Shown: piece by piece, positions 21,301 to 31,935 of the stretch | Layout: each line of letters begins with the position of its first letter | Numbering within the stretch: position 1 is the first letter of the stretch | Source: Sulfuricurvum sp. | GTDB lineage: Bacteria; Campylobacterota; Campylobacteria; Campylobacterales; Sulfurimonadaceae | Direction of reading: 5' to 3' | NCBI GenBank assembly: GCA_041661985.1 | Contig: JBAZTK010000008.1 | Coordinates: 12,383 to 76,382 of the forward strand | DNA length: 64,000 nt | Position numbers and translations under genes: made by a program | The notes under the pieces: generated by a model | The model's input: only the letters and a program-made list of their open reading frames with translations | Databases searched by the model: none | What the model was told of the DNA's origin: nothing

Positions 21301-22494
21301 ATGGAATCGTGGTTACAGCGCCGATTGTCACATATCTCTCTTCGGGAACTGAATTTTTATACAATTGTTTTTATTTTATTGCTTACCGTTGTTTTTTCAT
21401 CGTTGCTGATTTATGACGAATATCAACAATTCGCTCACGATTCATACGCAGCCGCTACAAATACTGTTGGGGGGAACCATAAGCTCAAAGGGCAGTTGAT
21501 TAAGGTAATGGTTGAGATTGCTACCTTGGCACTCATCATATTCGGATTTATTGTCGGCATCTCAAAAATCGTTAACAGTATGATTGCACGGGATATGGAG
21601 CGATTTTTAACATTTTTCGAGTCAGCGCATGAAAAAAAGATGTCTATCCTTGCAAATGATCTTTATTTCAATGAGTTTAAAAAGATGGCGGTGTATGCCA
21701 ACGAGATGGCAGCGATGATTTATGAGCAAAAAGACTCCCTTTATACCCTCAATGTTACGCTGGAAGAAAAAGTACGTCAAAAAACGGCTGCTTTGGAGGT
21801 GAAAAATTTTGCGCTTGAAGAAGAAAAAAAGTTTTCACAAGAACTTTTGGCCTCGCAAAAACAGTTTATCCGATATGCGATTCATGAGACCAATACCCCT
21901 CTCTCTGTGATTATGACCAACATAGAACTGTACACGATGAATGAAGGGCGCAACCGCTATTTGGCCAAGATTGAAGCAGCGGTGAAAAATATCTTCAGTA
22001 TTTACGATGATTTGGGATATTTGGTCAAAAAAGATCAGGTGGAATATCCCAAACGGCATATAGAAGTAGAGGAATATGTCAGCAGCAGAATCTATTTTTT
22101 TGATGAGGTTGCCCAGCATGCCGGATTGTCTTTTGAATTCATCAGCGAATGTTCTGGATGTGTCATTGAATTTAATGAAACGAAGCTGCAGCGCATCATT
22201 GACAACAATCTGACCAATGCGATCAAATACACGCAACCGGGTGAAACGATTCGCGTTTGGCTGGTTGCAGAGGCTGATGCAATACGTTTCTCGGTAGAAA
22301 GCCGATCCCAGCGGATACTGGATACCGATAAAATTTTTGAAGCGTATTATCGGGAGCGGAAAAAAACCGACGGATTCGGGTTGGGATTGAATCTGGTTAA
22401 ATCGATTTGTGACGAGGAGGGGGTGCACATCGCGATCACGTCGGATGACGCAATGACCCGTTTTGAGTACTGGTTTGCAAAAGGGGTGTCATGA
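21301..22494 (+). CDS. Sensor histidine kinase
   Basis: Two TM segments; H-box IHETNTPLSVI; N-box NNLTNAIKY; G2 GFGLGL. Confidence 0.92.
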   Translation: MESWLQRRLSHISLRELNFYTIVFILLLTVVFSSLLIYDEYQQFAHDSYAAATNTVGGNHKLKGQLIKVMVEIATLALIIFGFIVGISKIVNSMIARDMERFLTFFESAHEKKMSILANDLYFNEFKKMAVYANEMAAMIYEQKDSLYTLNVTLEEKVRQKTAALEVKNFALEEEKKFSQELLASQKQFIRYAIHETNTPLSVIMTNIELYTMNEGRNRYLAKIEAAVKNIFSIYDDLGYLVKKDQVEYPKRHIEVEEYVSSRIYFFDEVAQHAGLSFEFISECSGCVIEFNETKLQRIIDNNLTNAIKYTQPGETIRVWLVAEADAIRFSVESRSQRILDTDKIFEAYYRERKKTDGFGLGLNLVKSICDEEGVHIAITSDDAMTRFEYWFAKGVS

Positions 22495-23156
22495 AAATAT
22501 TGCTGTTGGAAGATGAAAAGATGCTCAGTGACGCGATTTGCGAATATCTGTTGGGGCTAGGGCACTGCGTCGTTGCCTCGTATGATGGAGAAGATGCGAG
22601 GGAACGGATCAAAGGGGAAAGCTTTGATTTGCTTCTTTTGGACATTAATGTGCCAAAGCTTGATGGTTTGGATCTTCTCGAACAGCTTCACATCCTTAAA
22701 ATCCGTCCACCCGTCATTTACATCAGCGCCTTGGTCGATATTGAGGGGATTAGCCGTGCCTATGATTTGGGGTGTTACGACTATCTCAAAAAACCGTTTC
22801 ATCTCAAAGAACTCTCTCTTAGGATTGCGAAAGTGATGCAGGGGAATCAGCTTCCTCAAACCCATCTTCGCCTTTCTAAAAGTTACAGTTATGATGCCCA
22901 ACATTCAACCTTGCTGTGTGAGAATGAAATCCATTCTCTGACCAAACGGCAATCGCAGATCATTGATCTTTTGGCCCGTAATCGAGGCAGGGTGGTTGAT
23001 TTTGAACAATTTCGCGAGTATGTCTGGGATGAAGAGTATGTCGATAACGCAACCATCCGTGCCGAAGTAAGCCGCCTGAAAAAAAGCCTTAAAGAGGATT
23101 TCATCCAAAATATTCGTGCGATGGGTTACATGATCGATATACCCAAGATGTATTAG
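22491..23156 (+). CDS. OmpR-family response regulator
   Basis: LLLEDE, DINVPKLDG, KKPF; C-terminal winged helix ATIRAEVSRLKK...IRAMGY; ATGA overlap with the kinase. Confidence 0.93.
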   Translation: MKILLLEDEKMLSDAICEYLLGLGHCVVASYDGEDARERIKGESFDLLLLDINVPKLDGLDLLEQLHILKIRPPVIYISALVDIEGISRAYDLGCYDYLKKPFHLKELSLRIAKVMQGNQLPQTHLRLSKSYSYDAQHSTLLCENEIHSLTKRQSQIIDLLARNRGRVVDFEQFREYVWDEEYVDNATIRAEVSRLKKSLKEDFIQNIRAMGYMIDIPKMY

Positions 23157-23224
23157 TGTTACTTATCTACTCATGTGTTTTTTTCTCTCCTTAATAGCGG
23201 CGCTTAATGTTACCAATTTAGCAA

Positions 23225-23258
23225 TTGCTACGTTCGTGCTACGTTTGCTCCTTATGAT
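23225..23258 (+). promoter_or_regulatory. Tandem-repeat operator plus -10 box upstream of the porin-actP-acs operon
   Basis: TGCTACGTT at 23226 and 23237 (11-bp period); TATGAT at 23253-23258; the same 18-mer occurs at 60363-60380 on the minus strand. Confidence 0.7.
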
Positions 23259-23288
23259 GGTAGTGTGAAAAACTTGTAAGGAGTTAGC

Positions 23289-24620
23289 ATGAGAGGTACG
23301 ATATCGCTTTTCACAGCGGCTTTGGCAGTTAATGCTTTTGCAGCTGATGATTTGGCCAGTCTGTTTAATAATGGAAAAGTAAGCGGTCAGCTCCGCGAAT
23401 TTTCCATTAGTCGTGATTATAACGGAGCGAGTGATTACACTCGAAGAGCAAACGCTATCGGCGGTTATGTGAAATATGAAACCGGTGTGTGGAACGGTTT
23501 GAGTTTAGGTGCGGCAGCGTATACGACAATCGGATTTGATTTGGGTGCTCGTTCTGATTTGAACGCGGTTGACCCTACGTTATTGAGTAAAAATAATGAA
23601 AATGATTTTTATCTTGGTGAAGCCTATTTGCAATATAAAAATGGGAATACCACCTTTAAAGGGGGACGCCAAAAATTAGATACTCCAATGGCCGGAAGTG
23701 ATGATGCCCGTATGCTTCCAAACCTTTTTGAAGCATATGTGTTAAGTAATACGGACGTTAAAGATACGACGTTGATCGCAGCACATGTAACGAAATTTTC
23801 TCAGGGGACGTTTGGCCGGGTTTACAATGCGGCTGCGAGTACCAGCGATGCGCTTTTGAGTGTAACATCGGGCTATTCATTGGTTGATTCACGTAATCAG
23901 ACCGGTGATTTTGTCAATATGGGAAAATATGCGATTGGTGAAAGTAATGGTGGAGTGAGTGTTGCTGCAGCCATCTATTCAGGCATTCCTGGCTTAAAAT
24001 TACAGCTGTGGGATTATTATGCACATGATATTCTCAATGCGATCTATGCAGAAGCTAACTATGGCTGGACCTATACAAACGGGTTAGCTCCGTATGCAGC
24101 GGCACAGTATATTAAAGAAGACAATATTGGCAGCAACTATGCCGGTAACGTAAACAGCGATTTTGTCGCTGGGAAAATAGGTGTTAAAGTTGCTAATTTT
24201 GATCTTTACACAGCTGTATCGCACAATAGCAAAGATGCAAACGCAGCAGTCAATGGAGGGACGATCTCACCATGGGGAGGGATGAGTGCATATACGCAGG
24301 GGATGGTAACACGTCATCAGTTTATGGCAGGAACCGACGCGTTTAAAGTTGCGGGAAGCTATGACTGGAAAAACTTTGAAATTAATCTTAATACGGGTCT
24401 TTATTATACACAGTACAATATGGACGGTTTGAACGGATATTCAACAGCAGGGTATGAATGGACTGCAAGTGAATCCGGTTTTGATGTCATTTATAATTCA
24501 CAAACAATCAAAAATTTGCAATTGCGTCTACGTGGAAATTATACACGTGATTTTAAGCAAACAGCAACAACGCATACCGATTGGGATGAATACCGTTTTA
24601 TCGCTAATTACAACTTTTAA
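23289..24620 (+). CDS. OprD-family outer-membrane porin
   Basis: Signal peptide; GEAYLQY..GNTTFKGGRQKLDTP; C-terminal EYRFIANYNF. Confidence 0.85.
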   Translation: MRGTISLFTAALAVNAFAADDLASLFNNGKVSGQLREFSISRDYNGASDYTRRANAIGGYVKYETGVWNGLSLGAAAYTTIGFDLGARSDLNAVDPTLLSKNNENDFYLGEAYLQYKNGNTTFKGGRQKLDTPMAGSDDARMLPNLFEAYVLSNTDVKDTTLIAAHVTKFSQGTFGRVYNAAASTSDALLSVTSGYSLVDSRNQTGDFVNMGKYAIGESNGGVSVAAAIYSGIPGLKLQLWDYYAHDILNAIYAEANYGWTYTNGLAPYAAAQYIKEDNIGSNYAGNVNSDFVAGKIGVKVANFDLYTAVSHNSKDANAAVNGGTISPWGGMSAYTQGMVTRHQFMAGTDAFKVAGSYDWKNFEINLNTGLYYTQYNMDGLNGYSTAGYEWTASESGFDVIYNSQTIKNLQLRLRGNYTRDFKQTATTHTDWDEYRFIANYNF

Positions 24621-24632
24621 AGGAGCTTTATT

Positions 24633-24947
24633 ATGAAACAAGAACTCGTCAATCGGATCAAAAATGATCCTGATTATCTTCAGCTCGTTAGTGAACGCAG
24701 CCGTTTCGCATGGATATTGACCCTTGTGATGCTCGTGATCTATTTTGGATTTGTATTAATCATCGCATTTGATCCTGCGTTTTTGGGGACACCGCTTTTT
24801 AAGGGTTCCGTAACGACTATCGGTATTCCTATCGGAGTTGGGGTGATACTCAGTGCTTTTATCCTCACGGGGATTTACGTACAACGTGCAAACGGCAGGT
24901 TTGATGAACTCACTCGCCGTATCAAAGAAAAAGTAAAGGGAGAGTAA
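24633..24947 (+). CDS. DUF485 (YjcH-like) small membrane protein
   Basis: Two TM helices; [11 protein letters not shown] motif; directly precedes actP. Confidence 0.88.
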   Translation: MKQELVNRIKNDPDYLQLVSERSRFAWILTLVMLVIYFGFVLIIAFDPAFLGTPLFKGSVTTIGIPIGVGVILSAFILTGIYVQRANGRFDELTRRIKEKVKGE

Positions 24948-26608
24948 TGAAACCGATCATCTTTTTGCTCCTTGCATCCGCGGGTATTTATGCCGGTGAA
25001 GCATTATCGGGAGCCGTTGAAAAACAGCCGTTGAACATGTCTGCGATTATCATGTTTTTGATCTTTGTCGGCGCGACATTGGGGATCACCTATTGGGCGG
25101 CAAAACGAACCAAAACAGCCAAAGACTTTTACACCGCAGGCGGTGGAATTACCGGTTTTCAAAACGGTATGGCGATTGCGGGAGATTATATGTCTGCGGC
25201 ATCGTTTTTGGGGATTTCAGCACTCGTATATGCCAAAGGGTATGACGGTCTGATCTATTCGATCGGATTTTTGGTCGGTTGGCCGATCATTTTATTTATG
25301 GTGGCGGAGCGTCTGCGTAATCTTGGAAAATACACGTTTGCCGATGTAGCTTCGTACCGTTTACAGCAAACACAGATTCGTACATTGGCAGCCTTTGGCT
25401 CTATCGCTACGGTTATTTTGTATCTGATTGCTCAAATGGTGGGTGCGGGTAAGCTGATCCAGCTTCTGTTCGGGCTTGATTATGAGATAGCGGTTATTAT
25501 GGTCGGTGTTTTGATGATTTTGTATGTGACGTTTGGCGGTATGTTGGCGACGACATGGGTACAGATTATCAAAGCGTTTTTGTTACTCTCGGGGGCAACG
25601 TTTATGGCGATTGCAGTTATGGCACATTATGATTTTAACTTTGAGTCGTTATTTGCTACCGCCGTTAGTATGAAAGATGTAACCATCATGGCTCCTGGGG
25701 CTTTGATTAGTGACCCGATATCAGCACTCTCGTTAGGGATCGCATTGATGTTCGGTACGGCGGGATTACCGCATATCTTGATGCGCTTTTTCACCGTAAG
25801 TGATGCCAAAGAGGCACGTAAATCTGTTTTTTACGCGACAGGATTCATCGGTTACTTTTATATCTTGACCTTCATCATCGGATTCGGTGCGATTGTCATG
25901 GTGTTCAATAATCCTCAGTATCTCGACCTTGCAAAACAAGCAGTTGATGGAGGTAAGCCGATTCTTGGCGGCGATAACATGGCGGCAATTCACCTTTCAC
26001 ATGCGGTAGGGGGCGATTTCTTCCTTGGATTTATCTCAGCGGTAGCATTTGCAACGATCCTTGCGGTTGTTTCAGGCCTTACCCTCGCAGGGGCCTCGGC
26101 GATTTCTCACGATTTGTATGCCAGCGTTATCCGTAAAGGTAAAACAGATGGATTGATGGAGATGAAAGTCTCTAAAGTAGCGACCGTTGTGTTGGGTATT
26201 ATTGCGATCTTTTTGGGGATCACCTTTGAAGATCAAAACATTGCGTTCATGGTTGGACTTGCATTTGCCATTGCGGCGAGTGCAAATTTCCCGATTTTGT
26301 TCCTCTCTATGTACTGGTCGAAACTCACCACGCGCGGTGCTTTGCTGGGCGGCTCATTGGGTCTTCTAACGGCAGCGGTATTGGTGATTTTAGGACCGAC
26401 CGTATGGGTAGATGTTTTAGGCAATGCGGAAGCAATCTTCCCTTATAAATATCCGGCTCTTTTCTCTGTGAGCGCAGCGTTTATCGGTATCTGGTTTTTC
26501 TCGATCACCGATAAAAGCGATACGGCAGCGCGTGAGCGTGAAGCATTCGAAGCGCAATACATTCGTTCTCAAACGGGTATTGGTGCCGAGGGCGCGGCAG
26601 AACATTGA
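24947..26608 (+). CDS. actP: Cation/acetate symporter ActP (SSS family)
   Basis: [39 protein letters not shown]. Confidence 0.93.
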   Translation: MKPIIFLLLASAGIYAGEALSGAVEKQPLNMSAIIMFLIFVGATLGITYWAAKRTKTAKDFYTAGGGITGFQNGMAIAGDYMSAASFLGISALVYAKGYDGLIYSIGFLVGWPIILFMVAERLRNLGKYTFADVASYRLQQTQIRTLAAFGSIATVILYLIAQMVGAGKLIQLLFGLDYEIAVIMVGVLMILYVTFGGMLATTWVQIIKAFLLLSGATFMAIAVMAHYDFNFESLFATAVSMKDVTIMAPGALISDPISALSLGIALMFGTAGLPHILMRFFTVSDAKEARKSVFYATGFIGYFYILTFIIGFGAIVMVFNNPQYLDLAKQAVDGGKPILGGDNMAAIHLSHAVGGDFFLGFISAVAFATILAVVSGLTLAGASAISHDLYASVIRKGKTDGLMEMKVSKVATVVLGIIAIFLGITFEDQNIAFMVGLAFAIAASANFPILFLSMYWSKLTTRGALLGGSLGLLTAAVLVILGPTVWVDVLGNAEAIFPYKYPALFSVSAAFIGIWFFSITDKSDTAAREREAFEAQYIRSQTGIGAEGAAEH

Positions 26609-26699
26609 TTGAACGCCAAAGGAATTCATCCCTTTGGCTACGCTGGCCGCTAAGGCACTGAAGCTTGCCTCTTTAGAGGCAGAATTTTAGGAGTTACCT

Positions 26700-28523
26700 T
26701 TGAGTCTTTTTGATCAAAAAGCATTGCTAATGTCGATTCACCCTTTCGATCTGCTAAGCGAGCGGATGATCGAAAAGCTGATGACGCAGATGGACATTGC
26801 CTATTATCCTAAGGAGACGGTTTTAATCGCTCCGAGAGTTCAGGCGCAATCACTTTGTATTATTATCAAAGGGATTGTTCATGAGACGATTGAGGATGAA
26901 TTGCAAAATGTGTATACAGAGGGGGACAGCTTTGATGCTAATTCCCTGATTTATGGCAATACCCAAAGCACCTTTTGTGTTATCGAAGACCTGATTTGTT
27001 ACGAGCTTCCCAAAGAGTGTTTTTTAGGGCTTCTTCAGGATGCCGAGTCGTTTCAAAACTATTACATGCAAGATTTCATTACCAAACATCAACATCTCAA
27101 AGAGCGTCACCATCAAAACGAGCTAACTCCGTTTATGCTTTCGCGCGTGGATGAAATTTATGTGCATGCTCCCTGTATCGTCAAGGCATCGCAATCCATC
27201 AAAGAGTCGCTGCACCTCATGAGCGATCAAAACGCGCAGGTGATATTGGTCAATGATGAAAAGCGTATGGGGATCGTGACCGATACCAACTTGCGCCAAC
27301 GCGTCCTTTTAACCGATAAAAGCACGGATGATGCTATCGGCGAAATCGCAACCTACGGACTCATTACGATTGAGAAGAGTGATTTTTTATTCAATGCCCT
27401 TCTGCTTTTCACCAAACACGGTGTTAAACGACTCGTGGTTGTTGAGGAGGATAAAGTTGTCGGGATTTTAGAACAGCTTGATCTTCTCAGCCATTTTGCA
27501 AATCATACTCATTTGATCGCGGCTTCCATTGAGCGTGCTTCCAGTATCGAAGAACTCGAAACCACACAGCGTTCGCTTACCTATCTTGTCCGCTCCCTCA
27601 CTTCCAAAGGGGTACGAGTGCGATACGTTTCCAAATTGGTGAGTGAACTCAATGCCAAGGTGTACGCAAAAGTGTTTGAGATGGTTTTGCCTTCTGCTAT
27701 GCAAGAGCGCTGTGCTTTGATCGTGATGGGGAGCGAGGGGAGAGGTGAGCAGATATTACGTACCGATCAGGACAATGCATTGATTATTCGTGATGGTGAA
27801 AATGAAGAGGACTTTGAACCCTATATGATGCAGGTCAATAGCTATCTGATTCGATTGGGATTTCCAAAATGCAGTGGCGATGTGATGGTGAGTAACCCCT
27901 ATTGGCGGCAAAACGTTTCAAGCTACAAAGGGATGATTCATGAGTGGATGAAAACGTTTAACGAAGATGTGCTTCGGTCGCTTTCGATTTTTGCTGATGC
28001 GCAGTGTGTGGCAGGTGATAATACATTGCTGGATGAGTGTCGTAATTATCTGAGAGAACGTTTTGAAGGACGCAGCGATATGCTGGCCCATTTGGCAAAA
28101 GCAGCATTGGCTTTTGAGACGCCGTTGAGCCTTTTTTCTGGTTTTGTACTGGGACATGCAGAGCATGAAAGAGAACTGGATATCAAAAAGGGAGGGATAT
28201 TCGCGATTGTCCATGGAATACGGATTTTGGCATTGGAATACAAAATTGTTTCTACCAATACAACGCAGCGAATCAAAGAACTCAATAACGTTGGAGTGTT
28301 CGATAAAGATTTTGCCAGTGAGCTGATCGAGGCGTACGATACGCTTTTGAGTATTCGGTTGCGCGCGATGCTTTCTCAAAACGCCCTTGGCGAAGAGCAA
28401 AACTATGTCAACCCGAAGCTTTTTAGTAAAACCGATCGAGATTTGCTTAAAGATGCTTTTAAAATCGTTAATACGTTTAAAAAATTTCTGATTTACCACT
28501 TTCATCTTGAAATGGTTGTCTAA
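26700..28523 (+). CDS. cNMP-CBS-DUF294 putative nucleotidyltransferase
   Basis: cNMP-like N-terminus, CBS pair, GSEGRGEQILRTDQDNAL NTase motif, DIKKGGIFAIVHGIR substrate-binding domain. Confidence 0.85.
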   Translation: MSLFDQKALLMSIHPFDLLSERMIEKLMTQMDIAYYPKETVLIAPRVQAQSLCIIIKGIVHETIEDELQNVYTEGDSFDANSLIYGNTQSTFCVIEDLICYELPKECFLGLLQDAESFQNYYMQDFITKHQHLKERHHQNELTPFMLSRVDEIYVHAPCIVKASQSIKESLHLMSDQNAQVILVNDEKRMGIVTDTNLRQRVLLTDKSTDDAIGEIATYGLITIEKSDFLFNALLLFTKHGVKRLVVVEEDKVVGILEQLDLLSHFANHTHLIAASIERASSIEELETTQRSLTYLVRSLTSKGVRVRYVSKLVSELNAKVYAKVFEMVLPSAMQERCALIVMGSEGRGEQILRTDQDNALIIRDGENEEDFEPYMMQVNSYLIRLGFPKCSGDVMVSNPYWRQNVSSYKGMIHEWMKTFNEDVLRSLSIFADAQCVAGDNTLLDECRNYLRERFEGRSDMLAHLAKAALAFETPLSLFSGFVLGHAEHERELDIKKGGIFAIVHGIRILALEYKIVSTNTTQRIKELNNVGVFDKDFASELIEAYDTLLSIRLRAMLSQNALGEEQNYVNPKLFSKTDRDLLKDAFKIVNTFKKFLIYHFHLEMVV

Positions 28524-29137
28524 TGTTTGACTCCCTTAAGCGCCGATGGAATCGCAGGGTGCTCAAAGATCCGAGCTACGCATGGCTGCTTGAAGCGTAT
28601 AATGGGGATGAAGTCGTCGTATTCGATACAGAAACGACGGGATTGGATACAAAAACCGATGCCGTTTTGAGTATTGGAGCGGTTAAGATCAGAGGGGGTA
28701 AAATCTTGACATCTCAGAGTTTTGAGATTTTTTTAAAACCTTCCTATGAAATCAGTGTGGAGAGTATCAAAATTCACCATATACGTCCGTGTGATTTAAA
28801 ACAGGCTTATGAGCCATTGGAGGGGGTAAAAAAGTTTTTGGAATTCATTGGAAATCGTCCGCTGGTAGGGTATTACCTTGAGTTTGACGTTGCGATGATA
28901 AACCGTATGATCAAGCCGTGGTTAGGGATCAATTTGCCCAATGCGCAAACGGAGATTTCTGGATTATATTTTGATAAAAAAATTGCTTTGATTCCGCAAG
29001 GAAACATTGATTTACGCTTTGATACAATCCTGTCCGATTTGAATATCCCGAGGATGGGTCAGCACAACGCACTCAACGATGCCATCATGACCGCAATGGT
29101 CTATCTAAAATTGAAACAACCATTTAAATTACACTAA
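28523..29137 (+). CDS. DEDDh 3'-5' exonuclease-family protein
   Basis: VVFDTETTGLD and HNALNDAIMTA; TAATG coupling to the DUF294 gene. Confidence 0.88.
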   Translation: MFDSLKRRWNRRVLKDPSYAWLLEAYNGDEVVVFDTETTGLDTKTDAVLSIGAVKIRGGKILTSQSFEIFLKPSYEISVESIKIHHIRPCDLKQAYEPLEGVKKFLEFIGNRPLVGYYLEFDVAMINRMIKPWLGINLPNAQTEISGLYFDKKIALIPQGNIDLRFDTILSDLNIPRMGQHNALNDAIMTAMVYLKLKQPFKLH

Positions 29138-29149
29138 GGAACATGAATT

Positions 29150-31108
29150 ATGAGCGAAGTAAAAAAACCTGTTTTTCAGCCAAACCCTGAGTTTGCAGCG
29201 CAAGCGCGCATTAAAAGTATGAGTGAATATCATGAGTTGCAAAAAATGGCTCATGATGATTATGAAGGGTTTTGGGGAAAATTTGCCAATGAAAAGATCG
29301 ATTGGTTTAAACCCTATACGCAGGTACTCGATGAGAGCGATGCCCCTTTTTACAAGTGGTTTGTTAATGGTAAGCTCAATGTTGCGCACCAATGTATCGA
29401 CCGTCATTTGGCAACGCGTAAAAACAAAGCGGCGATCATTTTTGAAGGTGATCGCGGAGATAAGCAAATCATTACCTATCTTGAGCTTTATTACAATGTT
29501 AATAAATTTGCGAATCTTCTTAAAAATGAGTTTCATGTCAAAAAAGGGGATCGTGTTGTTATCTACATGCCGATGATTCCTGAAGCTGCGTACGCGATGT
29601 TGGCATGTGCCCGTATCGGTGCGATTCACTCGATCGTATTCGGAGGATTTTCTGCTGAAGCGCTCAAAGACAGAATCGAAGATGCGGATGCAAAAGTAGT
29701 GATTACAGCAGATGGCGCATTTAGAAAAGACAAGCCTTATATGCTAAAAAACGTTGTCGATGAAGCGATTGATGGGAAGTCACCGGTAGAAAAAGTCTTG
29801 GTTGTTGAGCGAAATAACGAAGACATTACATGGGTGGCAGGACGTGATTACTCGTACAACGAACTCATAAAAAATCAGTCAAGTAAATGTGAAGCAGAAG
29901 TGATGGATGCAGAAGATCCTCTTTTCTTGCTTTATACATCAGGTTCAACGGGCAAACCAAAAGGGGTACAGCACAACAGTGCGGGTTATATCCTCTGGGC
30001 GCAAATGACGATGGAGTGGGTTTTCGATGTCAAAGAAAACGATACCTACTGGTGTACAGCAGACGTCGGCTGGATTACCGGACATACCTATATCGTATAC
30101 GGTCCTCTTGCTATGGGGGCTACTACCGTGATGTTTGAGGGTGTACCGACCTATCCTGATGCAGGACGTCCGTGGAAAATGGTTGAAGAGTATAAAATCA
30201 ACCAATTCTACACTGCTCCGACCGCAATCCGTGTATTGCACAAAATGGGTGAAGATGAGCCCGCTAAATACGATCTCTCCTCTCTAAAAGTCTTGGGTAC
30301 GGTTGGTGAGCCGATCGACCCTCCGGCATGGAAATGGTACTATGAGGCAGTCGGCGGAAGTAAATGTGCGATTGTTGATACCTACTGGCAAACGGAGACG
30401 GGCGGTCACATCATTTCTCCGCTTCCTGGTGCTACACCAATTAAACCGGGATGTGCGACGTTTGCCCTCCCTGGGATTATTGCAGAGATTCTTGATCCGC
30501 AAACAGGCGAGAAAGTGGAAGTAGGCGAGGGCGGTTATATGTGTATCACACGTCCATGGCCTTCTATGATTCGTGGTATTTGGGGTGATCCTGAGCGTTT
30601 TGTAAAATCCTATTTCGGTGATGTCAAAAAAGAGGGTAAGGCGGTATACTTTACAGGTGATGGCGCAAACTATGATGAGGACGGATACATTACGATCACG
30701 GGTCGTACCGATGATGTTATCAACGTATCCGGTCACCGTATGGGAACCGCTGAAGTAGAAGCCGCTTGTAAAAAGCACCCTAACGTCGCGGAAGTAGCTG
30801 TTGTCGGTAAACCGCACGAACTCAAAGGCGAGGGGATCTTTGCCTACATCGTTCTCAAAAGCGATGACACTGTGGCAGAAGAGATGGAGATGGTCAAAGA
30901 GATCAACAAAGTGATCATGAAAGAGATCGGTAATATTGCGGTTTGTGATGATATCGTTTTCGTTCCCGGATTACCAAAAACACGCTCTGGTAAAATTATG
31001 CGTAGAATCTTGCGTTCAATTGCTAAGGGTGAAGCGATCACTCAGGATATTTCGACTCTCGAAGATCCGAGCATCGTCGCAACCATCGCGGCGAAAGTTA
31101 AAGGGTAA
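29150..31108 (+). CDS. acs: Acetyl-CoA synthetase
   Basis: [33 protein letters not shown]. Confidence 0.97.
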   Translation: MSEVKKPVFQPNPEFAAQARIKSMSEYHELQKMAHDDYEGFWGKFANEKIDWFKPYTQVLDESDAPFYKWFVNGKLNVAHQCIDRHLATRKNKAAIIFEGDRGDKQIITYLELYYNVNKFANLLKNEFHVKKGDRVVIYMPMIPEAAYAMLACARIGAIHSIVFGGFSAEALKDRIEDADAKVVITADGAFRKDKPYMLKNVVDEAIDGKSPVEKVLVVERNNEDITWVAGRDYSYNELIKNQSSKCEAEVMDAEDPLFLLYTSGSTGKPKGVQHNSAGYILWAQMTMEWVFDVKENDTYWCTADVGWITGHTYIVYGPLAMGATTVMFEGVPTYPDAGRPWKMVEEYKINQFYTAPTAIRVLHKMGEDEPAKYDLSSLKVLGTVGEPIDPPAWKWYYEAVGGSKCAIVDTYWQTETGGHIISPLPGATPIKPGCATFALPGIIAEILDPQTGEKVEVGEGGYMCITRPWPSMIRGIWGDPERFVKSYFGDVKKEGKAVYFTGDGANYDEDGYITITGRTDDVINVSGHRMGTAEVEAACKKHPNVAEVAVVGKPHELKGEGIFAYIVLKSDDTVAEEMEMVKEINKVIMKEIGNIAVCDDIVFVPGLPKTRSGKIMRRILRSIAKGEAITQDISTLEDPSIVATIAAKVKG

Positions 31109-31118
31109 GTCCCTTCCT

Positions 31119-31136
31119 ATTCCCCTGATGGGGAAT
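31119..31136 (+). terminator. Hairpin after acs, possible terminator
   Basis: ATTCCCC-TGAT-GGGGAAT, 7-bp stem; no clear U-tract. Confidence 0.4.
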
Positions 31137-31203
31137 CAATACAACTGCAAATTTTCCAACCATGCGTTATACTTATGCCTAAACTTTAGAATAATGGATT
31201 TTT

Positions 31204-31926
31204 ATGAGATATAAAATTGGACGACTTCAGAACAGCATTTCGACACTTGAACTGAAAGAGAGAAGTCTGTATCAAAACACGTTAATCTTGGGGGAAGAGG
31301 GTTCAGGAAAAACCCATTTGGCGAATAAAATTCGTCATTATGTGATGGCAAACGGCATTCCTACTCTTTATCTGGATTTTTCAAACCCATCCATCGAAAA
31401 AATCGAAGAGAAATTCAAGGACTCAGATACGTTCTTTTATCTTCGTTTTGAGGAGAGCGACGAATTTGAAGCCTCTTTAGATAAGGCAATTGCGGAGCGT
31501 CGTAACATTTATATGGCGGCTAACCCTTCGTATTTTGCAAGTAAGCGGAATGTAAAAAGCAAGCTTTCCCGTATGATTCAAAAGCACGACTTATTGGAAA
31601 ATTATTACTACTTTTTTCATGAAATCGAGAGTTTGAATGGATTTTATACAAAATTTGAAGATTTTATTTATTATATTTTCGATCTTGTTAATATGAAGAA
31701 ATACGGATTTACTTTTCTCGCACAGCCAAATGAAATCTTTGAAGATTCACGTATCAAGCTCCTTTTCACATTTCTTTATTTGGGGCGTTGTTCAAATGCG
31801 CACTATTACAATACGTCGGTCTTGCGAAGTTTGAAAACGAACACCTTTTATTATCAGTATCGTATGGACAACCGCTCGCTGTTGTTTAATCAGATACAAA
31901 GTGATATTGCCATAATTGATGCCTAA
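31204..31926 (+). CDS. Hypothetical P-loop NTP-binding protein
   Basis: Walker A LILGEEGSGKT; rest not recognised. Confidence 0.65.
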   Translation: MRYKIGRLQNSISTLELKERSLYQNTLILGEEGSGKTHLANKIRHYVMANGIPTLYLDFSNPSIEKIEEKFKDSDTFFYLRFEESDEFEASLDKAIAERRNIYMAANPSYFASKRNVKSKLSRMIQKHDLLENYYYFFHEIESLNGFYTKFEDFIYYIFDLVNMKKYGFTFLAQPNEIFEDSRIKLLFTFLYLGRCSNAHYYNTSVLRSLKTNTFYYQYRMDNRSLLFNQIQSDIAIIDA

Positions 31927-31935
31927 GGGTTCGGC

